Shown here: one piece after another, positions 23,020 to 33,715 of the stretch
Layout of the letters: each line of letters begins with the position of its first letter
Numbering within the stretch: the first letter of the stretch is position 1
Origin: an uncultured Verrucomicrobiae bacterium
GTDB taxonomy: Bacteria > Verrucomicrobiota > Verrucomicrobiia > Chthoniobacterales > UBA10450
Length of the DNA stretch: 64,000 nt
NCBI GenBank assembly: GCA_963821615.1
Contig: CAWGEN010000012.1
Coordinates: forward strand, 84,802 to 148,801
Direction of reading: 5' to 3'
Made by a program: the position numbers and the translations under genes
The notes under the pieces: generated by a model
What the model was told of the DNA's origin: nothing
Database searches by the model: none
The model's input: only the letters and a program-made list of their open reading frames with translations

Positions 23020-23701
23020 AGCGCGCGGTTGTCCTCCTGAGCGGCGGGCTGGATTCCGCTACCGTGCTCGCCATCTCCCGGGCGGAAGCGTTACGAAACC
23101 CACGCGCTTTCCTTCCGCTACGGCCAGCGGCACGAACGCGAGCTTGCCGCGGCGGAGAAGGTCGCGCAGTCGTTAGGCGCTTCCGGCGCATCGGATTGCG
23201 GAAATCGATCTGCGCGTCTTTGCCGGCTCCGCCTTGACCGCTGAACTGGAAGTTCCGAAAACGCGCTCCGCGACAGAGATGGCGAGCGGCATTCCCGTTA
23301 CCTACGTCCCGGCACGCAACACGATCTTTCTTTCCTACGCGCTGGCCTGGGCGGAGGTGCTCGGCGCGACGGATATCTTCATCGGCGCGAACGCGGTCGA
23401 TTACAGCGGATATCCCGATTGCCGGCCAGAATTCATTCGGGCTTTTGAGCAACTCGCCAACCTGGCCACACGGGCCGGCGTCGAAGGGGCACGCTTTACG
23501 ATTCACGCGCCGCTCCTTGCGCTGAGCAAGGCGGCGATCATCCAGCGCGGGCTTTCGCTAGGGGTGGACTATGCGCTGACTCACAGCTGCTACGATCCGA
23601 CGTCTGCTGGTCTGGCCTGCGGCGCCTGCGATTCGTGCCAACTGCGCTTGAAAGGCTTTCGCGAAGCGGGGCTGACCGATCCGATTGTCTACGCGCCATG
23701 A
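23016..23701 (+). CDS. queC: 7-cyano-7-deazaguanine synthase; 2 frame corrections
   Basis: [16 protein letters not shown] (ORF 23016..23237), then ORF 23234..23701 with [22 protein letters not shown] and CGACDSC. The ATGA start overlaps the queF stop. Confidence 0.85.
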
Positions 23702-23907
23702 GTTTGCAATCGAGACTCGGGATGTTTGTTCTTACGCGCCAGGAGCAGCGGACGATCGCCTTCATCGTCTTGGCTGTAATCCTGGGACTGGTCACGCAGC
23801 ACTACCGCCGCCAACACGCCGAGCGGCTCGATGCGGCGCCTGACAGCCTCAAGCAGGAAGGACCGACGTTCGCTTCTCCTGCACCCACGCCGCAGCCGAC
23901 TCGCTGA
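23698..23907 (+). CDS. Small single-pass membrane protein (69 aa), translationally coupled to queC
   Basis: [32 protein letters not shown]... within ORF 23635..23907. The ATG overlaps the queC TGA (ATGA). Confidence 0.4.
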   Translation: MSLQSRLGMFVLTRQEQRTIAFIVLAVILGLVTQHYRRQHAERLDAAPDSLKQEGPTFASPAPTPQPTR

Positions 23908-23925
23908 TATCGTTAGGCCAAGAAA

Positions 23926-24915
23926 TCACGGCTTGGCTTCGCTCAGGCCCGGAATCCGCGCGTAGCCGACAAACCTCGGAGGATTTCCTGAAGTGGTTGA
24001 CTTCTTTGAAGCGGCGATCTTGAAATCGAAGATGCTCACCCCGAACTGCTGTTCGCCTTCATAGGTCCGCCCGTCGCTTGCGCCGACCATGATCGGCTTG
24101 CCGGTCTTCTTTTCCTTCCCGAGATAAATCATGGTGTGGGTGACCGGCGGATCGTGCTCAACGGTATAGGTGCCGATCCAGAAGAGCAGGTCTCCCGGCT
24201 TCAGTTCGTCCAGTTCAAAGGAATCGAGGTCGCGACTCAAGACGGCACGGAAGTTTCCGGCTTTGCGCACCCAGACATATTGTTCGCTCGCGTCGCGCGG
24301 CACATCCTTCACGCCATTTTCGCGCAGGACGTAGTAGATAAAACCTGAGCAATCCATCCCGCCGTTCGACGGATCGGCTGATCCGTAGCTGTAATCGAGA
24401 TTGCGTTTCGTCAGCTCGAGCGCGTCACCGAGGAGCTTGCGCACCGGCCAGGGATTTTCGTCGAAACCGTCGATTTCGTCAGGCGCGATCGTCGCCACCT
24501 TCCGTTCCGGACTGGGCGACTCCTCCGGAGCTGTTGTCGGAGTTTCGGTCGGGCTCGGCGAGGGGCTGGGCGACGGTGTCGGGGACGATTTCTTTCGTTT
24601 CGGCCTGGGTGTTTCTTCCTCTTCGAGAGAAGGCGGCGGAGAACTCTTGTGCTTGGGCTGCGCAGGTGATTTTGGAGAAGCGCTGACGGAGGGCGATGGT
24701 GCCGGACTGCTTTTCCGGGTCGAGCGTTTGTGCCGTCGCTGGCTTGGTGTCGGGGTCGGCGTGGCAAAAAATTTCTCGATCTTCTCGCCTAACGAAGATT
24801 CTTCCGCGCGCGCCGCAGGTACCGACGCGACAGAAAAAAGAAATATGAAGACCAGTGTCCCGCCCGAAGATCGATTCGTTAGGCTTGACCTGCAGCGTCG
24901 TCCGTTACTTGTCAT
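23926..24915 (-). CDS. NlpC/P60 (C40) peptidoglycan peptidase with a signal peptide and a Pro/Ser/Thr/Lys-rich linker
   Basis: Intact 329-aa ORF. DCSGFIYYVL carries the catalytic Cys, followed by GDLLFW...THTMIYLG. The low-complexity stretch reads SPTPSPSPSPSPTETPTT. Confidence 0.8.
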   Translation of the reverse strand: MTSNGRRCRSSLTNRSSGGTLVFIFLFSVASVPAARAEESSLGEKIEKFFATPTPTPSQRRHKRSTRKSSPAPSPSVSASPKSPAQPKHKSSPPPSLEEEETPRPKRKKSSPTPSPSPSPSPTETPTTAPEESPSPERKVATIAPDEIDGFDENPWPVRKLLGDALELTKRNLDYSYGSADPSNGGMDCSGFIYYVLRENGVKDVPRDASEQYVWVRKAGNFRAVLSRDLDSFELDELKPGDLLFWIGTYTVEHDPPVTHTMIYLGKEKKTGKPIMVGASDGRTYEGEQQFGVSIFDFKIAASKKSTTSGNPPRFVGYARIPGLSEAKP

Positions 24916-25030
24916 CCTACACGGTCAGGGTCACAACGCGTCTATTGCAACTGTGACGTTCGTCGCCGTCCGCGCGGCCTCGGAATAAGAAAAATGCCCG
25001 CCCCGGCATCGTAAAAACGCAGCCTTCCGC

Positions 25031-26408
25031 CTACCGATCGTTCGCGCCGAGCTCCTGCAGGATCGCCTTGTTCATCTTGAGCCCAAATTCCAGGTTCTCG
25101 AGCGGAAAATTCTCGTTAGGGGAATGCGCTCGGCAATCGGCCATGGCGAGACCAAGGAGGAGCGTCTCGACGCCCAGAATATCGCGAAATTGCGAGACGA
25201 TCGGGATGCTGCCGCCTTCGCGGATCAGCGCTACCTCCTGGCCGAAAGCCCGCTTCAAAGCGCGTTGCGCCGCTTCGCCAAACGGGGAATGCGGATCAGT
25301 CAAATACCAGGGACCGCTGTGCCCGTCGATGATTTCCATTGTCACTCCAGGCGGGAGATGTTTTTCCAAATGTTTTCGAGCCTGCTTTAGAATCGTGTCG
25401 CCATCCTGGTTTGGCACGAGGCGAAAGGTCAGTTTCGCCATTGCGTGGCTGGCAATCACGGTTTTCGTCCCCGGTCCCTGGTAACCGCCGCCAATGCCGT
25501 TGATCTCTGCGGTCGGGCGCACCCAGAGGCGCTCGAGCGTGCTGAAACCTTTTTCACCGAAGAGCTCCGGGGCGCCCGTTTCATCGAGAATCTCTTTGTC
25601 GCTGTCGATCGGCAGTTTCCGCCAGGCCTCGCGCTCCCAGTCTTCGAGCGGCTTCACCTGATCGTAGAATCCCTCGATCGCGACGTGTCCGTTCTCGTCG
25701 TGCAAGGTCGCGAGCAAGCTGCGCAAGTGCTGTGACTGGGTTCGCAACGGCGCCGCCAAATACGCCCGAGTGCAAGTCCATCTTCGCGCCCGTCACTTTC
25801 ACCTCGAGCGCGGTCACGCCGCGCAAACCGTAGCTGAGCGTCGGCACGCCGCGCGCGATCATGCCGGTGTCGGAGACGACCGCCACATCGCATTTGAGCG
25901 CGTCGCGATTATCCTTCAGAAACCCTGGCAGGTTGTCGCTGCCAATCTCTTCCTCGCCCTCGATGATGAGGTGCAGGTTAACGGGCAAATCGCCGCTTTC
26001 TTCGAGCGTCTCCTGGATGCCGAGAATGTGCGCGAGGATCTGGCCTTTGTTGTCCGTCGCGCCCCGCGCGTAGACATAGCCGTTTTTCAAGACAGGATCG
26101 AACGGCGGCGAATCCCATAGCTCGAGCGGGTCGGGCGGCTGCACATCGTAGTGCCCGTAAAGCATGACGGTCCTGCGGCCGGGTTGATGTTTGTTTTTCG
26201 CCCAGACCACCGGATGTCCAGGGGTGGAAACCAGCTGCGCCTCAAGACCGATTCCGTTCAGTTTTTCGACCAGCCAATGCGCACACTCGGCCAGCTTTTT
26301 CGAGTAGGCGTCATCGGTCGAAATGCTGGGGAATCGCAAAAAAGTGTAGAAGTCTTGAAGGTAAGAATCGCGCATCTCGGAGATTAAAGCAGCTTCGCAC
26401 GACGACAA
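25031..26408 (-). CDS. M20-family dipeptidase; 1 frame correction near 25750
   Basis: ORFs 25581..26408 and 25031..25759 give YGHYDVQP, ARGATDNKGQ, IIEGEEEIGS and ADCRAHSPNE. Confidence 0.8.
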
Positions 26409-26453
26409 CTAACGACTTGCCGCGAGCGTCTCGCCTCGCGCAGCCTGCGACGC

Positions 26454-27774
26454 ATGAATCAGCCCGTCGAGACCGCGGAAGAGACGCAATTGATCCGCGC
26501 GCTCGGCGTCCCGAGCCTGACCGCGAACATCGTTAACGCGACGGTGGGCGCGGGAATCTTCGCCCTGCCTGCACTTGTCGCGGCGCAAATTGGAGCGGCA
26601 GCGCCGCTTGCTTTTCTCGTCTGCGCATTGGCGATGGTGTTTTTTGTTACTTCGTTCGCTCTCGCCGGAAGCCGCGTCTCACTTACCGGCGGGATGTACG
26701 CTTACGTCGAGACCGCTTTCGGTCGCTACGTCGGTTTTATCGCCGGGGTGCTCTATTTTCTCACTGCGATTCTCGGTTCCTCCGGAGTCGTGACTCTGCT
26801 TGCCGACACGGTGGGCGCGATGGCCCCAATTTTCGCCAACAGAAGCGCCCATTTTCTGATCGTTCTGCTCGTTTTCGGATCGCTCGCCTGGATAAATGTC
26901 CGCGGCGTTCGATCCGGTGCCCGCGCGGTCTGGATTGTGACGATCGTCAAGCTGGTTCCGCTGCTCATCTTTGTCTGCGCTGGCATATTTTTCGTTAGGC
27001 GGGCAGATGCCCTGGCGATAACCTGGCCGGGCGCGCCTGCCTTGGGGCGCAGTGTGCTGATCCTGCTCTTTGCCTTCGTCGGGATTGAAGTCGCGCTCAT
27101 TCCGAGCGGCGAGGTGAAGAATCCGGCACGCACCGTCCCGCGGGCGATCTACCTCGCACTCGCCGTCACGACCGCGCTCTACCTGCTAATCCAATTGGTC
27201 GCACAGGGAATTCTGGGAGACACACTGGGGAAGTTCCCTGCGACGCCGTTGGCGCAGGCGGCGTCTCGCTTTCTCGGCGAACCTGGCCGCAGTCTGATGC
27301 TCGCCGGCGCGAGCATTTCGGCTTTTGGTTTCATCACGAGCGATATTCTCAGTTCACCACGCATTCTCTTCGCCTTCGGGCGTGATCGCTTTCTCCCGAA
27401 GGCTTTCGCGCATGTCCATCCACGCTTCCACACCCCGGACATCGCGATTGTGGTCTATTGCGCAATCTGCTTCGATCCTTTCCCTCTTCTCCACTTTTCA
27501 GCAGCTAGCCGTTCTGTCGAACGTCGCCGTGCTGCTGCTCTATTTCCTCAGCTGCGGTGCAGCGCTGCAGTTAATGCGACGCGATGTGCGGGCCAATGGC
27601 CGCCCGTTCGACTTTCCGGGCGCGTGGATGGTGCCGTGCGTCGCGGCTGTGATCAGTCTCTGGATTCTGGCTCAGGCGACGCGACAAGAACTGGCAGTTA
27701 CCGCCGTCGTCCTGGCGGTGGCGTCCATTCTTTTCCTCATCCAACACGCGATCACCACCAAGACGGCGGTTTGA
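26454..27774 (+). CDS. APC-family amino acid permease; 1 frame correction near 27470
   Basis: ORF 26454..27836 joined to 27325..27774. About 12 hydrophobic segments; contains NATVGAGIFALP. Confidence 0.75.
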
Positions 27775-27897
27775 CCGATAGACTCGGGATCCTGCCACCA
27801 TATCTTGTGGCGCATCCAACCCGGCCCCCAAGATAGCGTTATTTTTTCTTGTCACCATCCGGAGCGGGATGTATGCACCTCCTAGTCTTCCTACCGC

Positions 27898-30800
27898 ATG
27901 CATCTTCAGTCCCTCGAGCTCTTCGGGTTCAAATCCTTCGCCGACAAAACGATTTTCAATTTCCACGAGGGCGTGACTGCCATCGTCGGCCCTAACGGTT
28001 GCGGAAAATCGAACGTTCTCGACGCGGTCCGTTGGGTCCTCGGAGAACAATCGGCCAAGGCCCTGCGCGGAGGCGAAATGGCCGACGTAATCTTCAACGG
28101 AACCGATTCGCGCAAGCCGGTCGGGCTATGCGGAAGTTTCCCTAACGTTCACCGATTGCGCCAGCGAGCTCGGTGTCGACTGGCACGATGTGCGTGTCAC
28201 ACGCCGCGTTTATCGCGATGGGCTCTCGGAATATTTGCTCAATAAAACGGTCTGCCGGCTGAAAGACATCTACAGCCTTTTCGCCGATACGGGCATCGGG
28301 CGGAGCGCCTACTCAATGATGGAGCAGGGCCGGATCGATCAGATCCTCAGCTCGCGCCCCGAGGATCGGCGTGCGGTGTTCGAGGAAGCCGCCGGGATTA
28401 CCAAGTACAAGGGTCAAAAACGCGAAGCCTTGCGCAAGCTCGAGGCAACGGAGGCGAATCTTTTGCGCCTCGGCGACATCATCAAAGAGGTCAAACGCCA
28501 GATCGGGTCGCTCCAGCGCCAGGCCGGCAAAGCCCGGCGCTACCAGGCGCTGTTGGCCGATCTGCAAGTGCTCGATACGCATCATTCCCGCGGGCAACTC
28601 GAATCTTTGCAGGCTGAATTGGAGCGCTCGCGGGCGGCGACTGTGCGCTTCGACGAAGAACAACTCACGACCGAAGGCGAGATCGAGGAACACGAAAATG
28701 AAGTCGCGGCCCAACGCGGCCGGCTCGAGGAGGTCGATGCGCAGATCAACGAAGCGCGCGCCGAAGTGCAGCGTTTGCAAAATGAGATCGCTTCGCATCG
28801 GAACCGGATCGAGTTCAATCGCGAACGGACGCAGGAGCTAACCACGCTGATCGAACGCTACGAACTCGATGTCCAAACGGCGGAAGCCAAACGTGCCCAG
28901 CAGGAGACGGAAATTCACGACACCGATTTGCTCCTCTCCGAGACGGAGAGGTTGCTGGCCGCAAAGCAATCGGAACTCGCTACGCTGAACGATCGCGCCA
29001 CCGAGGTGCGACGGGAGCGGGAGGAAAGCGAACGCGAATTGCAGAGCGATTGAGCTGGACATCTCGAAGGCGGAAAACCGGCTGGCCGATTTGGAAACGG
29101 AAATCTCCGGAACAGCCTCCCGACGCGCGGCGACGGAGCCGCGTCTTGCGGAGCTGGCCGCGTCGTTAGGGGAAGCCTGCGGCGCGCGCGACCGGGTCAT
29201 AGCCCAACTCTCCACCGCCAAGGCAACCGCAGACGAACAACAGCAAGCGCTTCAGGATTTGGCGACGCAAATTCCAGCCGCGGAGGAAGATCTCGGCCGG
29301 CAGCAACAACAGCTGCGCGAGGCCGAGGCCGCACTCATGACAAGCGACCGCGTCGATTGCGGAACGGCAATCGCGTCTCGAAATCCTGCAGCAGCTAAAC
29401 GCCGAGGGCGAAGGCCTCACCGAAGGCTCGCAAGCTGTCCTGCGCGGACTCAACGACCCTGCCCGCATCCTGCCCGCGTTGACCGGCGCGCTAGCCTCCC
29501 TCATCGAAGTCGAGGAAGAATTTATTCCCGCGGTTGAGGCCGCCTTCGGCCGGAACCTGCACGCCATCGTCCTGCAAAACGGCGAGCTCGCGACCGAGAT
29601 CATTGCCACTGTTTCCGATCGGAAGCTCGGGCAAACCGCGCTCCTCGTGCCCGAATTGACCGGCGCTGCCGCGGCCACGCCGCGCGACCTGCCCCCCGGC
29701 GCGATCGCCTGGGCAACCGAAAAGATTCACGCGCCCGCCGTTCTCGAACCGATCGTCAGGCATTTGTTGGGCGACGTCGCGCTCGTCGCCGACCTGGACA
29801 GGCGCAAAGATTGAAGCGAGAATTTCCGGCCCTCGCTTTCGCCACGCTGGCCGGCGATCTCGTTTCCGCCAGGGGCGTGATCTACGGCGGGCGGGTCAGG
29901 GAGGAGAACAGCTCCCTTTTTGCCCGCAAAGCGCAGATCGCATCTCTCGCCGCGGACCATCGCGCGTTGCTCGACGAGCAACTCACTCTGCAGACGAGGC
30001 GCGAAGAAATTCAACAACGTCTCAGCGAGAAAACGGAACGCCTGGAGCAAATCCGCGAGCAGTATCAGGCGGCGCGTGGCGATCATTCTGCCACCGCATT
30101 GCAGGTCACGACAATCGAGCGGGAACTGCACGAAGCACCGCTCGCAAAGTGGATGCGCTCGAATGGGAGCGAACGACGCTCGAGCAGCAGCTGCAAAGCT
30201 CTGCGGAACGCGTCGCGCATCTGGAAGACGAAGCGTGCACTCAACGCTCGTCTTCTCGAAGACGCGCGGCAGCGCCAGACGCTTTTGCAATCGGCAGCCG
30301 AGACGGCGCGGTTGCGCGACGAGGAGCTGGCCGAACAGTTGAGCGAGCTGCGCCTCGCGGTTGCGACCGAACGCCAGAGGCATGAAGGGCTGCGCAGCCA
30401 GCGACAGCCGATGACGGCCCGCCAGGCGGAGCTCGCCGAGCTGATCGCCACGCGCCGGGCAGACATCGCAAGCTATCAGGCGCGTCGTGAGCAGCAGGGC
30501 ACCGAGACTACCACTGCTGAACACTCGATTGAGGAAAAGAATGTCGAGCTTTCCCGTGCGGAATCCGCCGTGACCGAGATCGCCGGGAAGCGGGCCGCCC
30601 GCCTAACGGAAGTCAACGACCTGGAGATCCGAGCTGCGCGCCCGCCGCAAAGCGCTGAGCGATCTGCACGAAGTGCGCGGCAAGGAAGAGGTTCGCCAGA
30701 CGCAGATTGCAGCTGAAGATCGAGAGTCTCGCGGAGCATGTGATGCGACGATATCAGGTCGATCTACGCGAGTTCGTGCCAGATCGTTATGCCTTCACGA

Positions 30801-31632
30801 AAACCTTTCGTGCGCAGCTTAAGCAGCGCGGAAAATCCGACGGGGAAACGATCGCAGATGAGGCAACAGGTTTCGATGAAGCCGAACTCCGTGAAGTCAT
30901 CGACCAACTTACCCGCCAGCTCGATGCGATGGGTCCGGTTAATCTCGATGCCGTGCACGAATACGACGAATTGGAGGAACGCCACACGTTTCTCGAAACC
31001 CAAAACGCTGACCTAACGAACTCGCGGCGCGAGCTGCTCGACGTCATCGCGCGAATCAATCAGACGACCGAAAAGCTCTTCGCCGAAACTTTCGCCCAGG
31101 TGCGGATCAATTTCCGGGAAATGTTCGCCGAGCTTTTCGGCGGCGGGCGCGCGGATCTGATGCTGCTCGACGAAAACGATGCGCTCAATTGCGGGATCGA
31201 CATCATCGCCAAGCCACCGGGCAAGCAATTGCAAAGCGTCTCGCTCCTTTCCGGTGGCGAACGCACCATGACGGCGGTCGCGTTGCTCTTCGCCATCTAC
31301 ATGGTAAGCGCCCGAGCCCGTTCTGCATCCTCGACGAAATGGACGCGCCGCTCGACGAATCGAACATCAACCGCTTCATCCGCGTGCTCGACCGTTTTGT
31401 CACGCAAAGCCAGTTCGTCATCATCACCCACAACAAGCGCACGATCGCGAAGGCTGACATTCTTTACGGCGTCACGATGGAAGAGCGCGGCATTAGTCGG
31501 CTGGTTGGCATGCGCCTGACGGAAGCCAGACCCGAAGGCGAACGCCTGCCGGCGAAAGAGTCAGCTCCCGCACAGCAGCAACCACTCGAGCTCGACGACA
31601 CCACCCCGGAAAACGTCGCGCTCACTCGTTAG
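27898..31632 (+). CDS. smc: Chromosome segregation protein SMC; at least 6 frame corrections
   Basis: Seven chained ORFs from 27898 to 31632. N-terminus FKSFADKT...[11 protein letters not shown]; long coiled coils; hinge region; C-terminus [18 protein letters not shown]...[11 protein letters not shown]. Deleting c28126 restores [12 protein letters not shown]. Confidence 0.9.
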
Positions 31633-31917
31633 GACGAGCACTCTGTTCCTTCGCCGCCACACTCAAACCCCGTCGGACGTTTTTTTGTTTCCGGAGTGTG
31701 TCCGGAAACGTGGGCCGGCTTGGCACCCGATTCGGCCTAACGATCCCCGGCGCCATCCACGGTAGGCACGACTTCGTCGAGCCGGGGTCGGTGCTATGCT
31801 CCAAGATTGGCTCTTCAAAACACGGCGTGCGACGTCGCCCCGGCGCCGTGCCCGCAGCTGCGCGCCATTTTCCCGCTCAACGGAGGCGGCCCCGCCACCT
31901 CACTTTGTCTCGTCTGC

Positions 31918-33238
31918 CTAACGAGACGCTGACGGTTCCACCGCGCCCGCGTCACCGGCCGGCAGATTGGCCGCCTTCCAATCCATCGCCATCCGAATCC
32001 GGGCGCGTCCGCTCGGGTGATCGAAGAAAATGAATTCCTCCACCGGACCGGGATCGAGCTTGCGATAAGCGCCCAGCTTGAGCGCCACCTTCGCGAATCC
32101 ATCGGCTTCGCGCGAGGTATTGATGCCGAAGGCATCGGCCTCTCGCTCCGTGACTCGCACCGCCGTGTTGGCCAGCGGGGTGATGAGAAAAAAGAAGGTC
32201 GAGAAAATCAAGACGAGCAGCGGGAAACCGGCCGGATCAGCGATCCCGCGCACGCCCCAACGCTTGCCCCAACGACGCACCGCGCGCTCGAAAACCGCGC
32301 GCGCGATCGTGAACGCCGCCAGAATGAAGAGACCAAAATAGAGGACCAGCTTGAAGGAGTGGTTCAGCACGTAATGGCCCATTTCATGCGCCATCACCGC
32401 GCGGATCTCCGGCAGCGTGCATTGCTTCAATAAGTTGTCGTTCAGCGAGATGCGCGTCGTCCCAAATAGCCCTGAAACATTTGCGCTCACCCGGTTGCTT
32501 TGCCGCGACGCGTCCACCTCGAACACCTGCTCGCACTGGGATTTGGTTGGCGCTCGCCATCGCGAGGATCGGTTTGCTGATTTTCGGATCGGCCAGCGGC
32601 TTGTAGGTGTTGAACAAGGGCGCGACGAAGACCGGCACGATCAACATCGCCACGGCATTCAGGACCACTGCCACCGCGGTTCCCCATAGCCACCACGTTC
32701 GCTGGGCGTGTCGAAAGACGGCGTAGAGCGCCATCATCAAAATGGCGGTCCCAACGATCGTGACCGCGAGGCTGATGAGTTGCTCGCGGAACCAGGGTCC
32801 AAAAGTTTGTGTCGCCAGCCCGTAGGCGTGTTCTCGAAAATAGTCGGAATAGACGCCTAGCGGAAAGGAGAGAACCGCCACGATGACAACGTACGGAATG
32901 GCGTAGAGGGCAACCTGCAGCGTTTTGAAACGAGTGGTGCGTTCCGCGAAATCGCGCAGACGGGCCGAAAGACCGCTCGCGAGGAAGAGAAGGGAAATCG
33001 CCGCGCCGAGCAGAAAATTCCAGAGGATCAGCCAATAGCCGCCCTCGAAGTAGGCATCCGACCGCGCGCGTTTCTCCGCCGGGACAGTGTCCAGCCAGGC
33101 GCGAGTGGCGGCCGCGGAATCGACAGGCGCAACCGTTTGCGGCAAATTCGTTAGGGGAACGGGCGCCGGTTCCGCGAAGAGGAGCGGTGCAGAGATCATT
33201 AGCCAACCGGTCAGAAGCAAGTACACGATCTTCATCAA
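31918..33238 (-). CDS. M48 (Ste24/HtpX-like) zinc metalloprotease, membrane-bound; 1 frame correction near 32500
   Basis: ORFs 32384..33238 and 31918..32526 carry HEMGHYVLNH (HExxH). The TAG stop lies inside a copy of the 9-mer. Confidence 0.8.
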
Positions 33239-33321
33239 GGACGAATAGGCGAGCTCTCGTCCAAACAGAAGCTTCTTTCTCCGAGCCTCGACTTCCGGAA
33301 GGCGACAGCCTACCTTGCCCG

Positions 33322-33687
33322 GTGAACCAGAAGGTTAGATTGCTCCTTTTTTCGGCTCTCTTCGCGTCGCTCTCCGTCGGAGGTTTCGCGCAGAGCCCGC
33401 CGCCCGCTGGCGCAGCTTACGGCGCTTACCCGGAGAATTATCAGGGGATCGTCACGGCGTGGCTCAACTCCAGCCTGGTCGATCCAAAGAGCGTGCAAAT
33501 CAAATGGCTGGGCGAGCCGAGACCGGGTGAGTTAGACGTTGGCAAAGGTCAGAAAGTGGCCGGCTTTCTCGTCGATTTCTCGGTCAACGCGCGAAACATT
33601 TTCGGTGCCTACACCGGATCGCAAAAGCACACCGCGCTGATCCGCGACGGACAGGTCGTGACCGCCACCGGCTTCGTTATTCATTAG
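33322..33687 (+). CDS. Small secreted hypothetical protein (GTG start inferred)
   Basis: VNQKVRLLLFSALFASLSVGGFAQS is a signal-like start within ORF 33187..33687. Confidence 0.4.
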   Translation: MNQKVRLLLFSALFASLSVGGFAQSPPPAGAAYGAYPENYQGIVTAWLNSSLVDPKSVQIKWLGEPRPGELDVGKGQKVAGFLVDFSVNARNIFGAYTGSQKHTALIRDGQVVTATGFVIH

Positions 33688-33715
33688 TGGTCGGTTCAGG
33701 AGAATAGGTCGATCG

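Noticed and set aside
31687-31707. Hairpin TTTCCGGA-gtgtg-TCCGGAAA after smc as an intrinsic terminator
   Set aside because: The 8-bp stem is real, but it lies 55 nt past the stop and has no downstream T-tract on the smc strand. That is too weak to annotate.
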